Shown piece after piece: positions 1 through 6,915 of a stretch of DNA of 39,659 nucleotides; position 1 is the stretch's first letter; each line of letters starts with the position of its first letter. The notes under the pieces were generated by a model that was given only the letters and a program-made list of their open reading frames with translations, did not search any database and was not told the DNA's origin. A program made the translations under genes and the position numbers. Source of the stretch: Candidatus Kerfeldbacteria bacterium (GTDB lineage: Bacteria; Patescibacteriota; Patescibacteriia; SBBC01); NCBI GenBank assembly GCA_016204585.1, contig JACQKH010000045.1:1-39659 (forward strand), read 5' to 3'.

Positions 1-27
1 ATCATATATAAATTACCTGTCGAGACC

Positions 28-600
28 CTAGTCGAAACGAATTTCGATCTGGTCTTTGTCGCGCATGACGTAGCGGTCGAACTCGCTGTTGGCCTGTCCG
101 TTGACCGTCATAGACAATTTGCCATCTGGCCCATTGCATTGGTCAAGAACGCAGGTCGAAGAGAGCTGTTTTCCCCAAAGCTCGAAGAACCGTTTCAGTC
201 GAAGGTCGTCGCGGAGCACGCGGCCGCTGAATTCTAGGTGGATAACCTGCGGGTCTTCGTGCGTATGAATGCTGCTGTGGGCACCAGTGGTACCGAGATT
301 TTTAGGGATGGTGACGGGCGAACCTTTGATCGCCACGTTCATTTGCGGATGCCAGTGGAGGCCGTTACGGGAAACGACATCGGATTCAGGCACCGGTGGT
401 CGCCTGGCCACATCCCAAATTCCAAATCCGCCCGCGCCGACAGCCACTACGATCAGTCCACCCCAGAGGACTACCCGACTGAGTGATCGAAGTTTTGTCC
501 TTCGCGCCTGGCCCTCGGTTTTAAGCTGACGACGAAGCAGCCGACGTTGCCGCTTGGTCAGCGGCTGACCGGATTGGTTAAGGTTGTCGTTCGGGTTCAA
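28..600 (-). CDS. Single-pass membrane protein with His-rich extracytoplasmic domain (putative metal-binding)
   Basis: Basic N-terminus, one TM helix, then HWH/HTH/IHLE motifs and two Cys. Last gene of the metal operon; TTG start is uncertain. Confidence 0.65.
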   Translation of the reverse strand: MNPNDNLNQSGQPLTKRQRRLLRRQLKTEGQARRTKLRSLSRVVLWGGLIVVAVGAGGFGIWDVARRPPVPESDVVSRNGLHWHPQMNVAIKGSPVTIPKNLGTTGAHSSIHTHEDPQVIHLEFSGRVLRDDLRLKRFFELWGKQLSSTCVLDQCNGPDGKLSMTVNGQANSEFDRYVMRDKDQIEIRFD

Positions 601-793
601 CCGGGTAGCCTTCGTTAGACAACGTTTTCGCCAGGGACTTCAGGTCGAGCGAGTCATCGTGCTCGACGGTGAGTTGGCATTTTACGGCGTTGACTTCAGC
701 TTTCTGAACACCCGGCGCGTCCTCGCAAATGCCTTCCATCACCAGGGCGCACGAGGCACAATCGTAGTGCAAGACCTTGAAAGTAGTTTTCAT
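578..793 (-). CDS. Heavy-metal-associated (HMA, CopZ-like) chaperone
   Basis: 71 aa, DCASC CxxC motif, GV..AEV, C-terminal GY typical of the HMA fold. Confidence 0.85.
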   Translation of the reverse strand: MKTTFKVLHYDCASCALVMEGICEDAPGVQKAEVNAVKCQLTVEHDDSLDLKSLAKTLSNEGYPVEPERQP

Positions 794-916
794 GCCGTGG
801 ATCTAGGCCGATGAATCGGCACGCTACAGTTTTTGGTCATCCCGTTAGACGGTCCCATGTTAATGTTTCAATAATTGTTCCATCCCAATCTTTTCAAAAT
901 GTGCCGTCTAACGGGA

Positions 917-1924
917 TCATACCGCGTTGATGGTACCGCTGAACATGCCCATGCCGCAGGTGAAGGTATAGCGGCCGGGTTTTGGAAACGTGGCGGCGAT
1001 GGTGGTCGGCCGATCCTGGGCCACGGCGGTTTCTAAGTTGAGCTGCGGCAGGCGGAAGATGCTGGTACAGCCGAGACGGCCTTGTGCATTGAGACTGATC
1101 GTGACTGGCTGGCCGGCTGGCACCGTTAATTCATTCGGGTCGTAGCCGGTAGGCAGAACGCTGATGACGAGATTGGTGGCCGCCGCGTTGTCCTCGGCGC
1201 CCGCACTCTCGCCGCCGAACGCTAAACGCGCGCCAGCCATCACGTTCTGAAAAGAGTACGACGATCCGGACGCCACCAGCGCACCGTTAAAGCTGTACAG
1301 GCCAAGACCGACCACCAACGCGGCGGCCGCGTACTTGAGGCGGCGCTGGAAGAAGGATGTCTCTTTTGCCAGCACGCCGATGATGAAGAAGAGCGGGACC
1401 GTGCCAAGGGTGAAGGCCAGCAGGATGGCCGCGCCTTGCCATGCGCTGCCCGTGGAAATGGCAGCCAGTTCCATGGCTTGGGTCGTGCCGCAAGGAATGA
1501 GGATAGTCAGGAAACCGAGAATGGCCGGAGCAATCAACGCCTGGCTCTTGGCCCGCTGCCTGATGAAACGGCGAACTGCGGCTGGCGGGGCGATGGTCAG
1601 CCAGGGCAGCCAGTGCGGAGCGATCAGCCGAATCCCGGCCACCACCATGAATAGACCGGCCACGACCTGCAAGGTTATTTTCATGCCGCTGGAAATGGTC
1701 AAACGATCGCCCAGCCATCCCAAGCCCAATCCGAGCACGGTGTAAGCGATGATTTTCGCCACCAGAAAGGCGCTGACCGGCAGGAACAGCCGACGCCAGC
1801 CCCGGAGTTCCTCGTCACCATCATTGCGGCGAGCGAGCAGGCCGACGAGCAAGCCGCCCTGGACCGCAAAGCAGGTTAATCCGCCGGTAGTCAGGCCGGT
1901 GATGAGTGCGGTAAAAGGGGACAT
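917..1924 (-). CDS. DsbD_2/TauE-like membrane protein fused to a C-terminal cupredoxin-like domain
   Basis: GGLTC and IPCG motifs in a multi-TM region; C-terminal P..LTVPAGQPV..GC...PGRYTFTCGMGMFSG. Confidence 0.85.
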   Translation of the reverse strand: MSPFTALITGLTTGGLTCFAVQGGLLVGLLARRNDGDEELRGWRRLFLPVSAFLVAKIIAYTVLGLGLGWLGDRLTISSGMKITLQVVAGLFMVVAGIRLIAPHWLPWLTIAPPAAVRRFIRQRAKSQALIAPAILGFLTILIPCGTTQAMELAAISTGSAWQGAAILLAFTLGTVPLFFIIGVLAKETSFFQRRLKYAAAALVVGLGLYSFNGALVASGSSYSFQNVMAGARLAFGGESAGAEDNAAATNLVISVLPTGYDPNELTVPAGQPVTISLNAQGRLGCTSIFRLPQLNLETAVAQDRPTTIAATFPKPGRYTFTCGMGMFSGTINAV

Positions 1925-1949
1925 GTCGTGTGGATAAATTAAGCTAGCC

Positions 1950-1987
1950 TACTACACAGTGTAGTACAGGTCGGCCAGCCGAGTCAA
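1950..1987 (-). promoter_or_regulatory. Sigma70-like promoter with overlapping palindromic operator
   Basis: Minus strand TTGACT (1987-1982), N18, TACACT (1963-1958). Inverted repeat TACTACAC-A-GTGTAGTA at 1950-1966 covers the -10. Confidence 0.65.
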
Positions 1988-2003
1988 CCGCGCCGCGTAA
2001 CGA

Positions 2004-2861
2004 CTACTCGGCTGCAGCCCGGTCCGTTTCAGGTTGCGCCACCTCGACTTTGAACTTCAATCGGCCACGAGGATTACCAGCGCCCGGGGTAAAGTCATCG
2101 TCAAGGTTGACCTCGACGCGCTGGAGCTTAAAAGCATACTTTGAGTCAATTAAGGACCGTTCAGCCGGCGCGGTTTTCACGAGTGACGGGGTCGGTAGCT
2201 TAGCTTTAAAAATTTCAGGCATGTCGTCGAACGGCCACTTGCCCCACAAGTGATAATCTTTTCCGCCCCAATCAGCCCGCGGCCCACGCGCCACTTGAAG
2301 ATGAACTTCACGGCCTTTAAATTCGAAGACCCTATCGACTTCATTGACAGACGGATCGGCCTGTACTTCGGAACGTGTCTCAGTCAACAGTGTTTCGTAG
2401 TCGGAAGATTGAGGAATCTCAGGCAATTCATCGAACTCCGCGTCGCCCCAGATTTGACTGACTTCCTGGCCGATCCGTTCTTGCCCGAGCCGGATATTTT
2501 TCATGGTGACCGAGCCGATTTCGGGTATTTCGGCCGCTTTGGTTAAGCCCTCGATTTTTAAGCTCTCGTAGACTTTGCCGGTTGCTTCGTCCCAACCACG
2601 GGCAATATCTGCCACGTATCTTCCGACCTCACGCTTAAGACGGATATCCGCTTTCGGCATTTGTTCGATGGCGGTTATCTTTTCTTCCGGCGTCGAGCCC
2701 GGGATGGCCTCGTAGGCAGCTTGCGCTTGCGCGCGTTTTTCCGGCTTCGGATCGTCGTAGCCGGCTAAACCGTTTAACGTCTCGGGTGCGGTTGATGAAT
2801 ATTCGGTTTCGATTGATGTTAGCTCATCCGGTTCTGGCGGAGGGCTGTCGAACTGGCTCAT
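2004..2861 (-). CDS. Hypothetical acidic soluble protein
   Basis: 285-aa ORF with ATG start and protein-like composition; no family recognised. Confidence 0.65.
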   Translation of the reverse strand: MSQFDSPPPEPDELTSIETEYSSTAPETLNGLAGYDDPKPEKRAQAQAAYEAIPGSTPEEKITAIEQMPKADIRLKREVGRYVADIARGWDEATGKVYESLKIEGLTKAAEIPEIGSVTMKNIRLGQERIGQEVSQIWGDAEFDELPEIPQSSDYETLLTETRSEVQADPSVNEVDRVFEFKGREVHLQVARGPRADWGGKDYHLWGKWPFDDMPEIFKAKLPTPSLVKTAPAERSLIDSKYAFKLQRVEVNLDDDFTPGAGNPRGRLKFKVEVAQPETDRAAAE

Positions 2862-3133
2862 ATGGTAATGGCGGGTGAATGATTATTGGTTTAAAAATAC
2901 ATGAGGATACGCCAAAAAACAATTTCCGTCAACGTTACATGACCGAAAAAATTCGAGCCCTAGACAGGAAGACTGGGACTCGGTGTAGCCGGGCGTATTC
3001 AGTTGTCTTGTGTCGAACTGCGAACCACTACTCACCAGACTGCTATCTCCGGCTGCTCGCTAACGAACCACTTTCTTTGTGAAGAGGAGTGTACGGTTTC
3101 TGTCGAAAACGGTTCAAGATTCTAGAGCCAGAC

Positions 3134-3161
3134 TTGAATTTTTAGTACGTCATGCTACCAT
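3134..3161 (+). promoter_or_regulatory. Putative promoter of tRNA-Arg
   Basis: TTGAAT, N16, TACCAT with a TG extended -10, about 11 nt before the tRNA. Confidence 0.5.
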
Positions 3162-3172
3162 AATCCAGCTGT

Positions 3173-3250
3173 GCGCCCGTAGCTCAGTCCGGATAGAGCA
3201 TCAGCTTGCGGAGCTGGGGGTCGCAGGTTCAAATCCTGCCGGGCGCACCA
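3173..3250 (+). tRNA. tRNA-Arg(GCG)
   Basis: GCGCCCG/CGGGCGC acceptor, anticodon arm TCAGC-TT-GCG-GA-GCTGG, GGTTCAAATCC T-arm, encoded CCA. Confidence 0.93.
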
Positions 3251-3330
3251 ACTGATGGTGAAATTGAGACGTAGTCGCTGAGAGTTGCAAGCCAGCCTCG
3301 TAAGATTCGAACGAAGTGAGAATCTGTACG

Positions 3331-3401
3331 GGTTCAAATCTCAAGCGAAGCGAAAACCCCGCACCCGACGTGTAAGGAGAGGTGCGGCAGTTGCCGGGCG
3401 C
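3331..3401 (+). repeat. Interrupted copy of the tRNA-Arg 3' end
   Basis: GGTTCAAATC (3331-3340) and TGCCGGGCGC (3392-3401) match the tRNA 3' end, separated by an insert containing a CCGCACC...GGTGCGG hairpin. Confidence 0.6.
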
Positions 3402-3474
3402 GTTTGGTTTAAAAAGCAAAGACAGAAGTTGATTGTGGAGACCCTTCGCAACGCTCAGGGTTTGACGCTGCGCC

Positions 3475-3978
3475 TCAAATTTTGAACAACCGTCCGACTG
3501 CGTCCGAGGCCGGTTCCTCTTCTTTTTCCAAGTCCTCGCTTAAAAACCGAAGAAGTTCTCGGCGGAGTTTCACCGGGTCTGTACCCTCGAGCGGAATACC
3601 GAGGACCGGCCGGAGCGAGCTCTTGAAGCGAAGGTAAAGTGTCTTGGCTAGTGGTGGTTTGTAGATAATCCAAAACCTTGCCAGATCATCATAGGCGTAG
3701 AAATTCTTGGCAATCTCAACGCCGTCCTCGGTGATGTTGATAGTTAGGATGTTTGGTTTCTGGCGAGACTGGAAAATGATGATGGTGAAAGCCAGGACGA
3801 TGATGATGGCGAACAGGGGGTTGCGGTCGTAGATTGACCAGACCAGCACCAGCAGTACGAAAACTGACATGCCGATATACCAACCGCGACTCCGTTGATA
3901 GCGCGGAACCTCCGGGAATCTCCATGATATCAACGTTTTACCGTGGTCGGTTGGTTGAATGGTTTGTCGGTCTGGCAT
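3475..3978 (-). CDS. Two-TM membrane protein with C-terminal PH-like domain (DUF5673/YcxB-like)
   Basis: W..PE...YQRSRGWY, two TM helices, ITEDGVEI..FY.Y..L..FWIIY. Probable ATG start at 3978 rather than 4044. Confidence 0.75.
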   Translation of the reverse strand: MPDRQTIQPTDHGKTLISWRFPEVPRYQRSRGWYIGMSVFVLLVLVWSIYDRNPLFAIIIVLAFTIIIFQSRQKPNILTINITEDGVEIAKNFYAYDDLARFWIIYKPPLAKTLYLRFKSSLRPVLGIPLEGTDPVKLRRELLRFLSEDLEKEEEPASDAVGRLFKI

Positions 3979-4043
3979 AGGATTGTTGATTATGAAAACT
4001 GCTGTTTTTACCGCCACTTGTATTATATTATACAACCTTTTCA

Positions 4044-4112
4044 AGGAAGGCGGGATCCCGCCTCAGGCGGAGGCGGTAGCCCCGCACCACTCTATAGTAT
4101 TCGGGTGCGGGG
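4044..4112. repeat. Cluster of short GC-rich palindromic elements
   Basis: AGGAAGGCGGGATCCCGC (4044-4061, repeated exactly at 4334-4351) and a CCCCGCACC...GGTGCGGGG hairpin (related copy at 3357-3387). Confidence 0.65.
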
Positions 4113-4135
4113 TTTTCGAGATTCGCCTAGCACCA

Positions 4136-4225
4136 TGGCGGAGAGGGTGAGATTCGAACTCACGGTGGCCTTTCAGCCACAACAGTTTTCAAGACTGTCC
4201 CTTTAAACCGCTCAGGCACCTCTCC
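4136..4225 (-). tRNA. tRNA-Ser(TGA)
   Basis: GGAGAGG/CCTCTCC acceptor, ACAGT-CT-TGA-AA-ACTGT anticodon arm, long variable arm, G73 and CCA. Confidence 0.95.
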
Positions 4226-4239
4226 GCCATGGTGCTGGG

Positions 4240-4379
4240 TTCAAGACCGTCGCTTTCGACCGCTCAGGCACCTCTCCGCCACGCTGCGGGACAAGACTGT
4301 CCCTTTTCCTGCCACCTTAATCTAGCATTTCTTAGGAAGGCGGGATCCCGCAGGAGGCGGGACAACCGCTCCGGCATCC
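4240..4379 (-). repeat. Two degenerate copies of the tRNA-Ser(TGA) 5' half
   Basis: 4240-4281 reads TGGCGGAGAGGTGCCTGAGCGGTCGAAAGCGACGGTCTTGAA on the minus strand. 4292-4306 plus 4364-4379 form a further copy split by palindromic inserts. Confidence 0.75.
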
Positions 4380-4390
4380 AACCGTGGCGG

Positions 4391-4499
4391 GCCACATGAG
4401 TTAAGTACCCAACGCGCCTGCCTACCAGCAGGTAGGCGCAACCATTATAAGGCTTTTCTGAAGATTTTTCTAGGAGACAATTGAGGCATGTGGGTCGGG
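4391..4499 (-). promoter_or_regulatory. Promoter-containing direct repeat, copy A
   Basis: Alignable to 4967-5056. Minus strand TAGAAA-N17-TATAAT (4472-4444). Carries a 20-bp palindromic insert at 4417-4436. Confidence 0.7.
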
Positions 4500-4514
4500 A
4501 TTATCTCTGACGAC

Positions 4515-4841
4515 TTAAGCAAACTTGCTCAACAGAATTACTGATGTGATTGCTGCAATAATGCCGATAATTTCATAGACATTCAACTTTTCGTGAAAAG
4601 AGAAAACTCCAATTGCGACGAGAAGTAAAACGGTTGTCAGAGAGTAAATAACTCCAAGAGAAGAAAGTTTAATGTGCTTCATTACATAAAACCAGCCAAA
4701 AGCAGTTGAAGCATATATTATAAACCCAATTACAAACCACTTGGTTTCAATGAACCTTTGTCCGTGGCCCGCCAACTTAATAAAATAGTCACCAATGACA
4801 CCGACGGTGCTTAATAGGATAATTACGAGAATAGGATTCAT
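4515..4841 (-). CDS. Small multidrug resistance/EamA (DMT superfamily) membrane protein
   Basis: 108 aa, four TM helices, GD.FIK, LSSLG.IYS, F.EKL....IIGI; visibly AT-rich DNA. Confidence 0.8.
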   Translation of the reverse strand: MNPILVIILLSTVGVIGDYFIKLAGHGQRFIETKWFVIGFIIYASTAFGWFYVMKHIKLSSLGVIYSLTTVLLLVAIGVFSFHEKLNVYEIIGIIAAITSVILLSKFA

Positions 4842-4966
4842 ATGTTAGCCGAATTGGTCACAATTATTTATCCAATAAATCCAGCATTCTGCTTCGACCA
4901 GGCGCAACTACTTTGAATGCTTGGGTCGCTCGATACTAAGTTCTATTGGCTCTCGGCTCCGCTCGA

Positions 4967-5056
4967 GCCACTCGAGTTAAGTGCTCAACCCGCGCAAGCA
5001 TGATAAGGGTCTTTCGACGTTTTTTCAAGGAACTGATTTGAGGCACGTGGGTCGGG
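4967..5056 (-). promoter_or_regulatory. Promoter-containing direct repeat, copy B
   Basis: Minus strand TTGAAA (5028-5023), N17, TATCAT (5005-5000); homologous to 4391-4499. Confidence 0.7.
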
Positions 5057-5067
5057 GTCTAAAACTT

Positions 5068-5298
5068 TTATTTTAGGAATTCGGGTTTGAAGGGTCGATA
5101 TAAATTATCAAGCTTTTCCGCTGTGCCCTCAGATAATTTGCCCTGATCCCTTATTTCTTCTTCCGCCCCTTCTACCGCGCTTTGAATGTCCTCAAGCCGA
5201 TCGCCAAAAGCCTCTGGAGAATTAGCCAGAACCATTTTGATTGCTTGAAGAACAGTTGCTTGCTCAGACTCTCTGTTCTCTCGTATTTTTCTTTCCAT
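5068..5298 (-). CDS. Small hypothetical acidic helical protein
   Basis: Probable ATG start at 5298 (MERKIRE..., 76 aa) after an AT-rich leader; the longer ORF extension runs through repeats. Confidence 0.55.
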   Translation of the reverse strand: MERKIRENRESEQATVLQAIKMVLANSPEAFGDRLEDIQSAVEGAEEEIRDQGKLSEGTAEKLDNLYRPFKPEFLK

Positions 5299-5485
5299 AT
5301 TGATGGTTTTAATGAATAAAAGTGAATTAAAGCGTCTCTTTTCCCTGTGACCCGCAATTGCCATATATTCCTGCGCACCGGGTCGCTCGAGCCACTCGAT
5401 TCGTTCCCATACAGATGGTTGGAGCCCGAGCAGTGCGAGGGCGGAAACCACGAGTGAGGAGTCACGAAAGTGACGACGAATCGAG

Positions 5486-5553
5486 TGGCGGAGAGGGCGA
5501 GATTCGTCAGGTCATCCGACCTGACGCCGAGTCGAATGACTCGGCGAACTCAC
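5486..5553 (-). repeat. Interrupted copy of a tRNA-Ser 3' end
   Basis: TGGCGGAGAGGGCGAGATTCG[40-bp double hairpin, 5507-5546]AACTCAC versus the tRNA sequence TGGCGGAGAGGGTGAGATTCGAACTCAC. Confidence 0.75.
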
Positions 5554-5621
5554 CAGCTAGGCGAGTCAATTCGGTATCCTCGCGAGTATACACCTGGGAA
5601 AATAATACTACATGAGTCGCA

Positions 5622-5715
5622 TGGCGGAGGGAGTGAGATTCGAACTCACGATAGGGGTTTAACCCCCTATAACAGGTTAGCAACCTGCCGCCTTCAGCCA
5701 CTCGGCCATCCCTCC
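5622..5715 (-). tRNA. tRNA-Ser(GCT)
   Basis: GGAGGGA/TCCCTCC acceptor, GCAGG-TT-GCT-AA-CCTGT anticodon arm, long variable arm, G73 and CCA. Confidence 0.95.
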
Positions 5716-5739
5716 GCCATGCGACCCCTCTTTGTGGAT

Positions 5740-5991
5740 TTACTCGCCGATAGCATCACGATATTGTTGTCTAAGCATTCTTCGCCCTTCAGTTGTTTTC
5801 AGGAAGGTTTCTCGACGGAGGGCATCGCTGCGATGTGAGTAGTACTCATACCCGATCAATTTTAAGGGCAGGTACTTGCTTGTGGATGTGACTCTGCCAG
5901 CTTGATGTTGTTTTATTCTATCCTTAAGGTCTTCGGTCGAACCCTTATAAATATCTTTGTTGGATAGTTTCAGAAAGTAGACGTAGGTCAT
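5740..5991 (-). CDS. Stand-alone GIY-YIG nuclease (UPF0213-like)
   Basis: MTYVYFLK..IYKGST.DL..RI.QH..G....T..Y.P.KLI.YE......A..RE..LK. Probable start at 5991. Confidence 0.88.
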   Translation of the reverse strand: MTYVYFLKLSNKDIYKGSTEDLKDRIKQHQAGRVTSTSKYLPLKLIGYEYYSHRSDALRRETFLKTTEGRRMLRQQYRDAIGE

Positions 5992-6112
5992 AGATGGTAC
6001 ATGACATAGATAATATGCGCCACCTATTTTTTCACTCGGTCGGTCCATCCGACCCGATCCGGTCGAATATGTCCCGTCGTTATGACGGGGTGACCGGCCA
6101 CCTCTCCAAGTG

Positions 6113-6231
6113 AACATTTGACTTTTGACCATTCGTCTTTGCTCAGGGTCATCCTGAGCTTTGTCGAAGGATGACATGTGACATTTGACAAACGCCTCTA
6201 GTCACACGTCAAACGTCAATGGTCAAATGTT
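6113..6231. repeat. Heptamer-periodic inverted repeat (TGAC/GTCA family) with a nested palindromic insert
   Basis: CATTTGA-CTTTTGA-CCAT[insert ~6133-6171]TGA-CATGTGA-CATTTGAC ... GTCACAC-GTCAAAC-GTCAATG-GTCAAAT, just after the comF stop. Confidence 0.8.
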
Positions 6232-6236
6232 TCCTC

Positions 6237-6866
6237 CTATCCCTTGGCAATAGTCAGGACAGTGATGTGTTTCATTCCTGCTGAACGGAGTACGGCCGCC
6301 ACTTCTGATGATGTGGCACCAGTAGTGAACACATCGTCCACGATTATACCATTTTTCGGCAATTGTCCAAGTCCTGGCTTGAGACGAAATGCAGCTCGGA
6401 CATTAGTCAATCGTTCATCCTCAGCCAGCTCGACCTGGGGTTGGGTGTGGCGAATGCGATCCACCGCCTCGATAAACATCAGATTAAGGCGCTTGGCCAG
6501 AGAACGCGCGATCAGCGTGGACTGATTAAATCCGCGGTTGCGCTGGCGCTTGGGATGTAGCGGCACCGGAACGACCGCGTTGTCAGTCAGCTCACGACCA
6601 AAGGCGGTGGCCAGCGTCTGCCCGATCGGTTCAGCCAGCACCTGTCCGCCGTTGTATTTAAGTTCCTGGATGATTCGTTTGAGCACTGGGATATCGTACG
6701 AACCGAGCGTTAGCAGTTGGTCTACCCGGGCGACCGGCTGCGGGGTCCGTCTGGGTTTGAGCGGGGCCAGACACGGCGCGCAGAGCCAAGCATCCTCCTG
6801 GCCGCAGATCCGGCAGGATGGCGGGAAGAGAAGGTCTAATGCCAGGGTGGAGATTGATGCAAACAT
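6237..6866 (-). CDS. comF: ComF family competence protein (Zn ribbon + phosphoribosyltransferase)
   Basis: LFPPSCRIC..LCAPC, VPVPLH..R...RGFNQS, IIVDDVFTTGAT. Confidence 0.93.
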   Translation of the reverse strand: MFASISTLALDLLFPPSCRICGQEDAWLCAPCLAPLKPRRTPQPVARVDQLLTLGSYDIPVLKRIIQELKYNGGQVLAEPIGQTLATAFGRELTDNAVVPVPLHPKRQRNRGFNQSTLIARSLAKRLNLMFIEAVDRIRHTQPQVELAEDERLTNVRAAFRLKPGLGQLPKNGIIVDDVFTTGATSSEVAAVLRSAGMKHITVLTIAKG

Positions 6867-6915
6867 TGATGGCGTGATTATGCGCCACCTTTGTTGAACG
6901 ATTGTTCGACGCTAT

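Noticed and set aside
1929-1937. Perfect DnaA box (TGTGGATAA); one-mismatch copy near 33424
   Set aside because: Isolated boxes with no cluster, unwinding element or dnaA/dnaN context.
4240-4281. Additional intact tRNA gene
   Set aside because: Only the 5' half to the anticodon is present; no T-arm or acceptor 3' strand.
4391-5056. Integron attC sites
   Set aside because: I could not identify paired RYYYAAC/GTTRRRY ends with internal palindromy. The repeats look like promoters and there is no intI in the window.
5992-6177. N-terminal extensions in the ORF track (GIY-YIG, 3979-4044, 5299-5451, 11694-11840, 19161-19262, 28343-28612)
   Set aside because: They run through repeats, promoters or neighbouring genes; downstream ATGs match the family N-termini.
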